Positions 1 through 9,701 of a stretch of 64,000 nucleotides of DNA are shown here, piece by piece (within the stretch, counting starts at the first letter, position 1; each line of letters opens with the position of its first letter). The stretch comes from Gemmatimonadota bacterium (GTDB lineage Bacteria > Gemmatimonadota > Gemmatimonadetes > Gemmatimonadales > GWC2-71-9), in contig JBKPOS010000013.1 of NCBI GenBank assembly GCA_046733215.1, forward strand, positions 985 through 64,984, given 5' to 3'. Made by a program: the position numbers and the translations under genes. The notes beneath the pieces are model-generated. The model saw only the letters and a program-made list of their open reading frames with translations, was not told where the DNA came from and ran no database searches.

Positions 1-523
1 CAGCGATGTCCTGAACGGAGCGCTCATCGGCCGGGAGGGCGATGAGCTCTTCCAGCGCATCCGAGGGATTCAGGTCGCCGGCGGCGCCGTAGCCGGTCCG
101 TTCGATTGCTGGTTGTTGTTGCGGGGTATTCGCTCGCTGCCTTATCGCATGCGGGCTCACTGCGGGCATGCAGCCGTCGTAGCCGAGTTTTTGGCGTCCC
201 ATCGCAACGTCGCACGAGTGCATTATCCCGGGCTGCGCTCCCACCCGGGTCATGCGATAGCAGCTCGCCAGATGACGGACTTCGGCGGCATGCTGTCCTT
301 CGAGGTGCAGGGGGCCAGAGCGGAAGCGTTGCGAGTGGCAGGACACCTGGAGTTGATCACCCGGGCGACCAGCCTGGGAGGACCGGAAACCCTGATCGAG
401 CATCGGGCGTCGGTGGAGGGAGCGCACACACGAGCGCCGGAAGGACTCCTCCGGATGTCCGTGGGGCTCGAGCATCCGGACGACATCATTACCGATTTGA
501 CCCAGGCCCTGGAGGCGGTGTGA
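1..523 (+). CDS. Cys/Met-metabolism PLP-dependent enzyme (cystathionine gamma-synthase/beta-lyase family), C-terminal fragment; 5' end lies outside the window
   Basis: Frame 2 is open from the window edge. The translation ...PFDCWLLLRGIRSLPYRMRAH...VHYPGLRSHPGH...FGGMLSFEV...TRATSLGG.ETLIEH matches the conserved C-terminus of this family. Confidence 0.8.
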   Translation, partial: SDVLNGALIGREGDELFQRIRGIQVAGGAVAGPFDCWLLLRGIRSLPYRMRAHCGHAAVVAEFLASHRNVARVHYPGLRSHPGHAIAARQMTDFGGMLSFEVQGARAEALRVAGHLELITRATSLGGPETLIEHRASVEGAHTRAPEGLLRMSVGLEHPDDIITDLTQALEAV

Positions 524-531
524 TCCGCGCG

Positions 532-885
532 ATGTACAGCGTGGCGGTCTTCGTGGAGGACATCGAGCGCGCGATCGGCTTCTATCGCGACGATCTCGGC
601 CTGGTCCTCACTAAGCAGGGATCGTTCGGCGCCGAGTTTCTCGACCAGGAGCCGCATCTCGGCGTCCATCCTGCCGTCCACCCCGACGCGAAGGCGCTGG
701 TGGGCCGGCACACCGGCATCACCTTTCACGTCCCCGATCTGCTCGACTACTGCGATGGACTTCGCCGCCGGGGCGTGCGCTTCCTGAATGACCCGACTCA
801 GCAGCCATGGGGCATCATGGCGATGATTGCGGACCCGGATGGGAATGTGTTTGCACTGTGGGAGGACCAGCTGCCGACCGCATGA
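532..885 (+). CDS. VOC/glyoxalase-family protein (about 117 aa)
   Basis: Only the C-terminal part of ORF 106..885 (MYSVAVFVEDIERAIGFYRDDLGL...DPDGNVFALWE) looks like a VOC domain. Start is ATG 532 (alternative GTG 520, abutting the upstream TGA 521-523). The rest of the ORF overlaps feature 1 out of frame. Confidence 0.75.
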   Translation: MYSVAVFVEDIERAIGFYRDDLGLVLTKQGSFGAEFLDQEPHLGVHPAVHPDAKALVGRHTGITFHVPDLLDYCDGLRRRGVRFLNDPTQQPWGIMAMIADPDGNVFALWEDQLPTA

Positions 886-1330
886 TCAGCTGCCGCGCTC
901 GACTCGATCCGCGAAACCAGTCTTCCACGATTTGACCCTGTTGCTCCATCCCGTATTGCTCGAACGCCTTATCGGGTTGACTGGCGTAGTCGTACGGGCT
1001 CGAACCCCGACCTCTCCTATAGCGCAGCTCGCGCACTCGGTCGGCGACGGCTCTGAGGTAGTAGCGGCAAGCTCCCCACGCCTGGTATTGCCCGCAGTGA
1101 GTCAGCTCGTGAGCCAGCACCGGCAGCGACTCGCAACAATCGTCCGGGAGGAATACCTGGTTGCCCAACGCAATGCCCCGGCCGCCGGTGAAGCGGAGCA
1201 CCAGCGACCTCAGCTTGCGGGTAGCCCAATCACCCCGTCCTCGGTGAAGCCGCACCCGCGCCAAATCGACGGGTAACGGCAGGGCGGCCAGCGCACGGGC
1301 TTCGTCCTCAGTGAGTCGTAGCTCGTTCAT
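815..1330 (-). CDS. DUF4157-type (HExxH, eCIS-core-like) domain protein
   Basis: VRLHRG...GIALGNQVFLP...LPVLAHELTHCGQYQ matches the DUF4157 pattern (VRvH ... LLAHELtHVvQ). The 3' end overlaps the convergent VOC gene by 71 nt. Confidence 0.65.
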   Translation of the reverse strand: MNELRLTEDEARALAALPLPVDLARVRLHRGRGDWATRKLRSLVLRFTGGRGIALGNQVFLPDDCCESLPVLAHELTHCGQYQAWGACRYYLRAVADRVRELRYRRGRGSSPYDYASQPDKAFEQYGMEQQGQIVEDWFRGSSRARQLIMRSAAGPPTVQTHSHPGPQSSP

Positions 1331-1383
1331 TCGGTTGTCGCCTGTGACGAACCCGGTGTATTCTCGCTTTCGGTTCTACGTCA

Positions 1384-2115
1384 CTACGTCCGCCGAACTG
1401 CCGTCAGTTCATCACCGCGACGGGCGGCCAGCGCGCGGGCCAGTCGCTCACCGCCGTTGAACCAGTTTGCCCGCATGGCCCGCTCGATCGCGTCTGCCGT
1501 TCCCCGGCGGACTGCCTCAATGATGGCGTCATGCTCGCGGTACGTCACCCTCAGGTCGGGCCCCACCAGCGGCGCGTAATACCACTCGAATCGGTCCAGG
1601 CGCGGGCGGATGGCCGCGAGCGCAGCCGTGAGCTCGGGGCCTGCACAGGCATCGATGATGATGCGGTGCACCGCAGCATGGCGCTGGAAGAGCCGATCGT
1701 AGTCGAGCGGCCTCGCTGCGGCCGCACGGCGGAAGGACCGTTCTGCGGCAACGAGCTGTCTGGCCAGGCTGCGCCGCGCCGCAGTGGGAAGCGTCGTCGC
1801 CGTCCTGCTCGCGAGGCCCTCGAGCGCACCCGCCAGCCGATAAAGCTCGACCAGGGCATCCGCCTCCATGGGAGAGACCACCAACCGGGTTCGGCCTCCG
1901 TGGTCACCGTTCACGGGGACTAGCAGACCGTCATGAACCAGTCGGTGCATGGCCTCTCGAACGGGTGTCCGGCTGACGCCCAGATCGGCGGCGACCTGAA
2001 ACTCGGTCACCCTTGCGCCGGGGCCGAGCCGGCCGCGCACGATCAGGTCCAAGAGCCGTTGGTAGACGGGGCCGGCGGCGCGGCGCGGAGTCGGCTGGCT
2101 GCGACGGTTTGACAT
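1384..2115 (-). CDS. GntR-family transcriptional regulator (FadR/FCD-type C-terminal domain)
   Basis: N-terminal winged HTH (VYQRLLDLIVRGRLGPGARVTEFQVAADLGVSRTPVREAMHRL) with a helical C-terminal domain. ATG 2115 is chosen over the longer TTG-type ORF start. Confidence 0.85.
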   Translation of the reverse strand: MSNRRSQPTPRRAAGPVYQRLLDLIVRGRLGPGARVTEFQVAADLGVSRTPVREAMHRLVHDGLLVPVNGDHGGRTRLVVSPMEADALVELYRLAGALEGLASRTATTLPTAARRSLARQLVAAERSFRRAAAARPLDYDRLFQRHAAVHRIIIDACAGPELTAALAAIRPRLDRFEWYYAPLVGPDLRVTYREHDAIIEAVRRGTADAIERAMRANWFNGGERLARALAARRGDELTAVRRT

Positions 2116-2125
2116 GACGAAACAT

Positions 2126-2149
2126 ATTGTATGCAAAATCGTATACAAT
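2126..2149. promoter_or_regulatory. Inverted repeat ATTGTAT-N10-ATACAAT in the divergent GntR/S41 promoter region; candidate GntR operator
   Basis: ATTGTAT (2126-2132) and its exact reverse complement ATACAAT (2143-2149). It contains the GT...AC core typical of GntR-family operators and lies 11 nt upstream of the regulator start. Confidence 0.4.
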
Positions 2150-2183
2150 TCCAGTCTTACGCCACGAAACCCAGGAGGCAACA

Positions 2184-3575
2184 GTGTCCCCCGTCCCTAC
2201 CGCCCGAACGCTCGCCTGCGCCGCCCTGCTCGTGGCCGCCCGCGCGGCCGCCCAGACGGAATCGGCAGCGGGCCGGCTCGATGCGGCCGCCCGCCAAGCC
2301 GTGGTCGATACCGTCGCGGCGCAATTGGAGCGCTTCTACGTGGATGCCGATACCGGACGGCTCATCGCTGCCCGGCTGCGTGATCGCCGGGCCGGGGGTG
2401 CATACGATCGGATGGCCACGACCTCCGCATTCGCCGAAGCTCTTACCAGCGACCTCCGCAGCATCAACGGCGACCTCCACCTCGGTGTGCGGTATGCGCC
2501 GGACGTCCCCACCGAGCATCCGGGAAGCCGCGGCTTGACGACGCCCGGCCCCCGCCCGCCCGGGGCACCACCTGACCCCGCCGAGCCCCAGCCAACACCG
2601 GCCCTCCTGGCCGAGTGGCGACGGGACAACTTCGGCATGGTGCGGGCTGAGCGACTGGAAGGAAATGTTGGCTACATCGAAGTCCGCGGGTTTTACGACG
2701 GGCCTGAAGCTTTCGCGACAACCGGCGCCGCTCTCGCGTTCCTGGGACGGACCGATGCCATGATCTTCGACCTGCGCGACATGCCCGGCGGAAGTGGTGA
2801 TATGAGCAACTGGCTCCTGAGTCACTTTACCGGCACAGACAGTGTTGCCAGCCTTGCGATCACGAACCGTTCGGCGGGCGATTCGGTGGTGCGCTACACG
2901 TTGGCAAAGGTTCCCGGTACCAAGCGGCCGGAGGTTCCCCTCTTCATCCTGACAAGCCGCGGCACCGCATCGGCCGGCGAGGACTTTACCTTCGTGCTGC
3001 ACAATCTCCATCGAGCCACGGTCGTGGGAGAGCGGACCGCCGGCGCCGGTCACAACAACGCTTTTCTCGCCTCAGGCCACGGATTCGTTCTGTCCCTCTC
3101 CTACACCCGGGTAATGGATCCGGCGACCGGAAAGGAGTGGGAGCGAACCGGCATCGAGCCCGACGTGTCGGTGTCGCCCGGGCGCGCCCTCGAGGCTGCC
3201 CACTCAATTGCGCTCCGCCGCATCGCCGATCGCACGGCCGATCCTGACCGCAAGCACGAGCTTGCGCTTACTGCTGAAGCGTTGGACGCCCAGGCTCGCC
3301 CGCACCAGGTCTCGCCGAAGCTCCTCGCGCGGTACGCCGGAACCTACGGTGAGCGTACTCTGACTGTGCACGGCGATACGCTTCTGTTTCGGCGCTTGCA
3401 GTATCCGCCTCACGCGCTCACTCCGCTCAATGACTCCACCTTCGCACTCGCGATGGTAGAGCGCCTCACGATCGAGGGAGCGAGCGGCAAGAAGCCCAGG
3501 CTTCGCCTGGTGCGGCAGAACGGTGACACGGTGCGCGCCGACCGCACCGGGCCTCCACCACGCGAGACGCGTTAG
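2184..3575 (+). CDS. Secreted S41-family peptidase (tail-specific protease/IRBP-like)
   Basis: GTG 2184 is preceded by AGGAGG (2173-2178). Signal-like N-terminus VSPVPTARTLACAALLVAARAAAQ. Catalytic-region pattern ILTSRGTASAGEDFTFVL...VVGERTAGAG. Confidence 0.8.
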   Translation: MSPVPTARTLACAALLVAARAAAQTESAAGRLDAAARQAVVDTVAAQLERFYVDADTGRLIAARLRDRRAGGAYDRMATTSAFAEALTSDLRSINGDLHLGVRYAPDVPTEHPGSRGLTTPGPRPPGAPPDPAEPQPTPALLAEWRRDNFGMVRAERLEGNVGYIEVRGFYDGPEAFATTGAALAFLGRTDAMIFDLRDMPGGSGDMSNWLLSHFTGTDSVASLAITNRSAGDSVVRYTLAKVPGTKRPEVPLFILTSRGTASAGEDFTFVLHNLHRATVVGERTAGAGHNNAFLASGHGFVLSLSYTRVMDPATGKEWERTGIEPDVSVSPGRALEAAHSIALRRIADRTADPDRKHELALTAEALDAQARPHQVSPKLLARYAGTYGERTLTVHGDTLLFRRLQYPPHALTPLNDSTFALAMVERLTIEGASGKKPRLRLVRQNGDTVRADRTGPPPRETR

Positions 3576-3607
3576 GCCGAGATTCAAAACAGGCCCGGCA
3601 GGCGTGC

Positions 3608-4675
3608 CTAGCCCTTGAGCAGCATGCCCACCGGCTTGAGCGCATCCACTCGGTCGCACACGATGCGGAACGTTGCGAGCAGCGGAACGGCGAGAAACGT
3701 TCCCGGCACCCCCCAAATCCAGGACCAGAAGACCAGTCCCACGAAAACAGCGAGCGGGCTGAGCGCCAAATTGCGTCCGAGCACGTGTGGGGTCACGAAG
3801 TTGGCCACAAAGCCTACGATCGCCAGGAATACTCCGGGCACGAGAGCGATCCGGCTCGGCGAGTCGAACGTCGTGAACCCCACCAGCGTGAGCACGCCCG
3901 CCAGCACGGTAGCTCCGACGTAGGGCACATACTCGGCCAGCGCGGTGCACGCTCCCCAGATCAGTGGATTGGGGACGCCGAGCAGCGCCATGGCTCCCGT
4001 GACCAAAGCACCCTCGCCCAGATTGATGGCGGTCTGCGTGAGCAGATAGCGGGAAATAGACGCCTCCGCCTCTCGTGCTATCGCCACTGCGTCTGCCTGG
4101 CTTTTTCGGTGCAGTAGCCGCGCAATCTTCTGAAGCAGCCGGTCGCCTGAAGACAGGAGAAAGTAGAGCAGGACCACCACCTCGATCACGCCTGCGACGA
4201 TCGCCTCGGTGGTGCCGAAGAGCCGCTCTGCGAGGCCCGGCCCTCTGACCTTGACCTCCGGCGTGCTGCTCGGCGCTACCTTAGTCGCGCGCTCCACTTG
4301 CTCGGCAGTCCTGCTTACCTGTTGCATTGGCCGCTGGAAGAACCGGATCTTGGACTCAACCTGTCGAACGCTGGAGGGTACGCTCGCGAGCCAGGCGCGC
4401 GCAGGCTCAGCCAGGTAGTAGATGCTGGTTGCCAGCGAGGCCAGTACCGCGATGAGGATCAGTGCCGCGCCTATCGCTTCGGGAATGCCCACCCTCTTCA
4501 TCTGCCGGACCGCCGGGCCCAGCAGAAAATCCAGCAGGATAGCCAGCGCTATCGGCAGGAAGAAGACGCGGCCGGCGTGAATGGTGTAGAAGAGAGCGAG
4601 GACGAACATGCCCACCAGCGCGAAGGAAGCTCGCGCGAGGCGGTCGGTAATAAATGCGGGGAGCGGATTGGACAC
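3608..4675 (-). CDS. AI-2E family transporter (PerM/UPF0118)
   Basis: Polytopic membrane protein of 355 aa with typical AI-2E family sequence (…FFLPIALAILLDFLLGPAVRQMKR…, C-terminal VPGTFLAVPLLA). GTG start. Confidence 0.85.
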   Translation of the reverse strand: MSNPLPAFITDRLARASFALVGMFVLALFYTIHAGRVFFLPIALAILLDFLLGPAVRQMKRVGIPEAIGAALILIAVLASLATSIYYLAEPARAWLASVPSSVRQVESKIRFFQRPMQQVSRTAEQVERATKVAPSSTPEVKVRGPGLAERLFGTTEAIVAGVIEVVVLLYFLLSSGDRLLQKIARLLHRKSQADAVAIAREAEASISRYLLTQTAINLGEGALVTGAMALLGVPNPLIWGACTALAEYVPYVGATVLAGVLTLVGFTTFDSPSRIALVPGVFLAIVGFVANFVTPHVLGRNLALSPLAVFVGLVFWSWIWGVPGTFLAVPLLATFRIVCDRVDALKPVGMLLKG

Positions 4676-4746
4676 GTTGCCCCTTGTCTAGGTCTCACCG
4701 CTCCGGCTAAGGTACGGCCCCTTGACCTCGTCGGAACTCGGCTCGA

Positions 4747-5493
4747 ATGAAGCAGTTGTGGCAGGCGCTGGCATCGATCTGGGCCTGGTTCGTCCTGGGC
4801 ACCTGCCTCGTGCTCTGGATGCCGCTGATGGCCGCAGTCCGACTCTTAACGCTCTCTGATCCCGGCCGCTATGCCGTGGGTTACCTGTTCCGCCGGATCG
4901 GGCCTGTCATGGCGACCCTGCACCCTCTGTGGCGATTCCGGACCTCGGGCATGCCTCCTGCCGATCCTCGCCGGCCGTATGTGGTCGTCTCCAATCATGA
5001 GTCGTTCGCCGACATCCTCCTCATCAGCCATCTCCCCTGGGAAATGAAGTGGCTGTCGAAGGCCGAGCTCTTCAAGGTGCCGGTTCTGGGATGGCTGATG
5101 CGCCTCGCGGGAGACATTCCCGTTCGCCGGGGTGAAGGACGGAGCGCAGTCGAAGCCTTGCAGCGCTGCCGGACAGTCCTCAAGCAGCGCGTTTCCGTCA
5201 TGATTTTTCCCGAAGGCACCCGCTCTCCCACTCTGGACATGCTGCCGTTCAAGGACGGCGCGTTCCGACTCGCAATCGTTGCAGGCGTTCCGGTTCTGCC
5301 CATCGCGGTGAGCGGCACTGGCACCGCACTGCCGAAACACGGATGGCTGTTTGGCCGTGCCAAGGCGGAAGTGCGCGTGCTCGAGCCGATCGAGACGACC
5401 GGGCTCACCGTCAAGGACGTTCACGCTCTGCGAGAACGGGTTCGCAAGATGATTCTCGAGGCCCGCGATGCACTCAGGGCCGCGCAGGCTTGA
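4747..5493 (+). CDS. plsC: 1-acyl-sn-glycerol-3-phosphate acyltransferase
   Basis: HX4D acyltransferase motif (NHESFAD) and an FPEGTRS motif. Confidence 0.85.
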   Translation: MKQLWQALASIWAWFVLGTCLVLWMPLMAAVRLLTLSDPGRYAVGYLFRRIGPVMATLHPLWRFRTSGMPPADPRRPYVVVSNHESFADILLISHLPWEMKWLSKAELFKVPVLGWLMRLAGDIPVRRGEGRSAVEALQRCRTVLKQRVSVMIFPEGTRSPTLDMLPFKDGAFRLAIVAGVPVLPIAVSGTGTALPKHGWLFGRAKAEVRVLEPIETTGLTVKDVHALRERVRKMILEARDALRAAQA

Positions 5494-5498
5494 CCATC

Positions 5499-6419
5499 TC
5501 ATTCCTCCACGGCCAATGCCGCGGGCGCTCGGACCGTTCCCACCACACCGGCGAGCGCCAGTAATGTGAGCAGATACGGTAGCATCAGAAAGAATTGGTA
5601 CGGAACGGCGAGTCGCAGCGATTGAAACAGGAATTGAAGCGCGGTCGCGGCGCCGAACAACAGCGCTGCCAGCGCCACACCTCCTGGATGCCACCGGCCC
5701 AGCACCACGATCGCAATCGCGATGTAGCCTCGACCGGCTGTCATTTTCTCGGTAAAGGTCCCCACCTGGGCCAATACCAGTGTGGCTCCGGCGAGCCCTC
5801 CCAGTGCGCCGCCGAAGACAGTTGCCCAGAACCGTAACAGTCGAACGCGAACCCCAGCCGCGCGTGCCAGTGACCCGGCTTCGCCGCTGGCACGAAGGCC
5901 GAGTCCCCAACGCGTACGGAACAGTCCCCACCAGACCACCGGTATCAAGGCGATTGCGATGTACGTGAGCGCTGGTTGCGCGAACGCCGGCCCAACCACC
6001 GGAAGTCGAGACAATCCCGGGAGCGCGAGCTGACCCAGTGTCGGCAGGGACAGGCCGACCCCCCCGGCCCCGTACGTCTGTCGGTAGATGGTTCCGGTGA
6101 GACCGATACAGGCAAGCGTCACCGCGGCGCCTGCTACAATCTGGTTGATCATCGCGAATACGACGCAGGCAGCGAAGACAGCAGCGACCAGGGCTCCGGC
6201 CACCATTGCCGCTACGACACCCGCCCAGGGCCCCGCTGCGCTCGCTCCGATCGCGGATGCCAGAGCACCGGCCAGCATTGCGCCCTCCAGTCCGAGGTTG
6301 ATGACGCCGGACCGCTCCGTCACTGTTTCCCCGATGCCGGCGAGCAGGAGCGGAGTCGCAACCCGGACCGACGCCGCAAGGAAGCCCGCCAGCTGGGCTA
6401 ATTCGCTTGCTTCGATCAC
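5499..6419 (-). CDS. ABC transporter permease (BMP/nucleoside-type, second permease)
   Basis: Polytopic permease. GTGA overlap with the upstream permease. Part of a five-gene chain with a BMP binding protein and a double-ATPase subunit. Confidence 0.85.
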   Translation of the reverse strand: MIEASELAQLAGFLAASVRVATPLLLAGIGETVTERSGVINLGLEGAMLAGALASAIGASAAGPWAGVVAAMVAGALVAAVFAACVVFAMINQIVAGAAVTLACIGLTGTIYRQTYGAGGVGLSLPTLGQLALPGLSRLPVVGPAFAQPALTYIAIALIPVVWWGLFRTRWGLGLRASGEAGSLARAAGVRVRLLRFWATVFGGALGGLAGATLVLAQVGTFTEKMTAGRGYIAIAIVVLGRWHPGGVALAALLFGAATALQFLFQSLRLAVPYQFFLMLPYLLTLLALAGVVGTVRAPAALAVEE

Positions 6420-7468
6420 GCCGAACCCGCCTCGGCATCCGGCGCCACCACTGCCGAGCGCATTCTTCTCGTCGCTGCCTCGGCGAGAAGCAGCACGAGA
6501 ATGACCACGCCTTCCACTACATAGACGGCCACCGACGGAACACCGGCATCGCGCTGCATAGCCGCACCCCCCGCCTCGAGAGCACCGAAGACCAGACCGG
6601 TGAGCAGGACTGCGACCGGCTCAAGGCGGGCTAACAGCGCAACTGCAATTCCGCTGAAGCCGTATCCGGGCGACAAGTTCTGAAATAAGGCGTACGAAAC
6701 TCCCGCCACCTCGATGCCGCCCGCCAATCCGGCAAAGAGGCCTGACCAGAGCAGCGCGAACGCAGCTACGCGGGTTACCTTGACGGCACCGCTTACTTCA
6801 GCGGCCTTCGGACCGGATCCGGTCGCGAGCAGTTCGAACCCCCAGATGGTCCGGCGGAAGACGTATTGAACGACGAGCGCCAAGCCGAGTGCCAGAATAA
6901 ATCCGAGATGGAGTCGAGTCCCCGGCACCAAAGGCAGCCGGGCGGCCTCTGCGATTGGATCGCTTTGGGGATACACGCGTCTCGTCTCTTGAAGGGGTCC
7001 CTGCACCGCCCAGCTCACCAACGACTCGGCAACGAAATTGAGCAGCAGCGTGCTGATGACCTCGAGCACGCCGAATCTTCGCTTGAGCCAGACCGGCAAT
7101 ACGATCCACAGCACGCCCGCCGCGCCCGCGACGAGCCAGACCGTCGGTATCGCGAGCAGCGGGTTCCAGCCACCCAGGTGCAGTCCGACCCATGTAGCTG
7201 CAATGGCACCCACATAGAACTGCCCCTCTGCGCCGATGTTGAGAGCATTGGCGCGGAACGCGATTGCGATGCCCAGGCCAATCACGATGAGGGGAACTGC
7301 CCGGACCAGAGTCGCAGACGAGATGACGTACCAGGACCCGAAGGACCCTTGCACAAGCGCAGCGAGGGCGAGCGAGGCGTCGTACCCCGATAGCTGCAGA
7401 CCGAGCGCTAAGACACCCAGACCTGCGAGTAGCGCCGCTGTCCCGACCAGCACCGGCGATCGCGTCAT
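6416..7468 (-). CDS. ABC transporter permease (BMP/nucleoside-type, first permease)
   Basis: Polytopic permease of 350 aa. ATGA overlap with the ATPase gene. Confidence 0.85.
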   Translation of the reverse strand: MTRSPVLVGTAALLAGLGVLALGLQLSGYDASLALAALVQGSFGSWYVISSATLVRAVPLIVIGLGIAIAFRANALNIGAEGQFYVGAIAATWVGLHLGGWNPLLAIPTVWLVAGAAGVLWIVLPVWLKRRFGVLEVISTLLLNFVAESLVSWAVQGPLQETRRVYPQSDPIAEAARLPLVPGTRLHLGFILALGLALVVQYVFRRTIWGFELLATGSGPKAAEVSGAVKVTRVAAFALLWSGLFAGLAGGIEVAGVSYALFQNLSPGYGFSGIAVALLARLEPVAVLLTGLVFGALEAGGAAMQRDAGVPSVAVYVVEGVVILVLLLAEAATRRMRSAVVAPDAEAGSA

Positions 7469-8937
7469 GAAACACTCTCCGCGACCTCACCCAGCATCAT
7501 CGCCCCGACTTGAGCACGCGAGTTGTCGGCTGGGAGGGACACGACACGACCCTTTGCGACCACGAGCAGGCGTGTCGCCGATGTGAGGATCTCATCCAGA
7601 TTCGTGGAGTAGACAACCAACGCGACGTCGTTGGCTGCCGCCTCGCGAAGTCGCTCCCACACGAAGCGGCTCGCCTGAACGTCCAGTCCACGCGTCGGGT
7701 TCTCCGCGACGATTACACGGGGTAAGCGCTCGAGGGCCCGCGCCACAACGAGCTTTTGCTGATTTCCTCCACTCAATGCCCCCGCTGTCACACCGGCACT
7801 CGGCGCCCGGATCCCGAACTCACGGATCAAGGCTTCGGTTCGTTGCCGAGCGACGTCCCAATCGAGGCGCCACCCGTGAACCCACGGCGCAGTCCGACCC
7901 ACCCCGAGCACAAGGTTCCGGGTTAGATCCAGCTCGGAGATCAAAGCCTCGGTGGTCCGATCTTCCGGGATGAACGAAACCGGCCGGTCGCACTCCACCC
8001 TTCCTCTCAGCGGCCGCACAATCCCGGCAAGCGCCCGGAGCAGCTCGCGTTGGCCGTTGCCTTCGACGGCTGCGACGCCGAGAATCTCACCCCCGGCGAC
8101 CGAAAAGTTCGCGTCGCGAACTGCCAGTCCGTGGCCGCCTTCCCGCAGCAGATCCAATGCAACGCAACGCACCCGAACCGGTCGATCGCCGACTTCGGCT
8201 CGACGCGCCACGGTGGCTGATCCGAGTGTCGTTCCCAGCATTGCCGCAGTGAGAGAGCCGGGAGTCTGATCGTTGGCAGCCCCGGTCAGCGTCACGCGAC
8301 CGGAACGGAGCACGGTCACCCGGTCTGCCGACTCCAGCGCCTCCTCCAGTCGGTGGGTGATCAGCACTACTGATCGTCCCGCGGCTGCCAGACCCTTGAT
8401 GAACCCGAGAAGCTCCCCAGCCTCCGCCGGAGCCAACACTGCCGTCGGTTCGTCCAGCAGGAGAACCGTCGCATCCCCCGCGAGCGCTTTCAGAATCTCG
8501 AGCCGTTGCTTGAGGGCAGCAGATAAGTCCCCGGTTCGCGCAGCAGGGTCGAGGGAAAGGCCCACCCGCTCCATGAGCCGCTCCACCCGAGCGCGGAGGC
8601 GCGCCGGCCGCACTTCCCAACCAGCCGACAGCGCGATGTTCTCAGCGACCGTGAGCGCTGCGATGCCGGTGAAATGCTGATGCACCATTCCAATGCCGAG
8701 CTCGCGGGCCCGCCGGGGGGAGCGAGGGAACACCGAGCGCCCGCGCACCAACATCCGACCGCCGTCCGGCCGCGTGAGGCCAAAAGCGACCTTCATCAGT
8801 GTTGACTTGCCTGCTCCGTTTTCGCCAAGCAAAGCGTGGACCTCGCCGCGGCGCAACATGAAATCAGCCCCGCGCAGCGCGTGCACGGGGCCGTAAGACT
8901 TCGTGATCCCAACTAACTCTAGGACGGGCTCGCTCAC
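7465..8937 (-). CDS. ABC transporter ATP-binding protein with two fused ATPase domains
   Basis: Walker A GENGAGKST, LSGGNQQK signature and a second nucleotide-binding domain. GTG 8937 is preferred because it forms a GTGA overlap with the Nif3 stop. The ORF-track start 8967 would overlap Nif3 by 34 nt. Confidence 0.85.
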   Translation of the reverse strand: MSEPVLELVGITKSYGPVHALRGADFMLRRGEVHALLGENGAGKSTLMKVAFGLTRPDGGRMLVRGRSVFPRSPRRARELGIGMVHQHFTGIAALTVAENIALSAGWEVRPARLRARVERLMERVGLSLDPAARTGDLSAALKQRLEILKALAGDATVLLLDEPTAVLAPAEAGELLGFIKGLAAAGRSVVLITHRLEEALESADRVTVLRSGRVTLTGAANDQTPGSLTAAMLGTTLGSATVARRAEVGDRPVRVRCVALDLLREGGHGLAVRDANFSVAGGEILGVAAVEGNGQRELLRALAGIVRPLRGRVECDRPVSFIPEDRTTEALISELDLTRNLVLGVGRTAPWVHGWRLDWDVARQRTEALIREFGIRAPSAGVTAGALSGGNQQKLVVARALERLPRVIVAENPTRGLDVQASRFVWERLREAAANDVALVVYSTNLDEILTSATRLLVVAKGRVVSLPADNSRAQVGAMMLGEVAESVS

Positions 8938-9701
8938 AACCCGGTAGGGTGTCGGTGGAACTCCCATGGCAGATTGAATTCGGTCCCCAGACGTCGGGCG
9001 AGCGCCTGGACGCCTAATTGCTCAGTGGCGTAATGACCAGCATAAATCACGTTCAGGCCCAACTCCGTTGCATCGAAGTACGTGTGATGGGCGCCCTCGC
9101 CGCTAATGAAGGTATCGAGCCCGGCAGCTCTCGCGGCAGCGATCATGGAGCCCGCCCCGCCTGTCACGATGCCCACTTTTTGAACCTGCGCTGGTCCGCC
9201 CGGGATCAGATACGCCCGCGTCTGCAGCCCGGCGTCCAACGCGGCGACCAAGGCACTGCGCTCGGCGAGCGCCGGCGGAGCCGTCCCCCAGACCCCGATC
9301 GGAACACCGCGATATGCACCGAACCAGCCTTCGACCGGAAGACCAATGAGGCGCGCGAGCTCGACGTTATTGCCCACCTCCGGATGTAGGTCGAGCGGAA
9401 TATGTGCGGCATAGAGCGCGGTATCCCGGGCGAGCAGCGCTTTGAGCCGACGCCAACGCCGGCCGGTGAGCGGGATGTTCCCGTCCCAGAAGAGTCCATG
9501 GTGGACCAGGAGCAGGGTGGGGTTGCCGGGCTGTATGGCCTCGATGGTTTCCAGGCTGGCGTCGACGGCGGCAACTAGTCGTTCGACGTGTCCTTCATTC
9601 TCCACCTGGAGCCCATTCAGGGCATTTACTTCGTCGGGGACGTCGGTAACCCGAAGAAACGTGTCCAAGAACCGGGATACATCGGTAAGAGCGGCGCTCA
9701 T
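8934..9701 (-). CDS. Nif3-like dinuclear metal centre protein (YbgI/YqfO family)
   Basis: MSAALTDVSRFLD...LLLVHHGLFW...AAHIPLDLHPEVGNN...GEGAHHTYFDA...AGHYATE. ATG 9701 forms an ATGA overlap with the BMP gene stop. The long ORF-track N-terminus overlaps the BMP gene and was discarded. Confidence 0.85.
   Translation of the reverse strand: MSAALTDVSRFLDTFLRVTDVPDEVNALNGLQVENEGHVERLVAAVDASLETIEAIQPGNPTLLLVHHGLFWDGNIPLTGRRWRRLKALLARDTALYAAHIPLDLHPEVGNNVELARLIGLPVEGWFGAYRGVPIGVWGTAPPALAERSALVAALDAGLQTRAYLIPGGPAQVQKVGIVTGGAGSMIAAARAAGLDTFISGEGAHHTYFDATELGLNVIYAGHYATEQLGVQALARRLGTEFNLPWEFHRHPTGL

Noticed and set aside
4846-6438. 530-aa minus-strand ORF spanning plsC and the ABC permease
   Set aside because: It overlaps two well-supported genes (plsC on the opposite strand, the permease in another frame). 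The composition is Arg/Gly-rich and no motifs are present.
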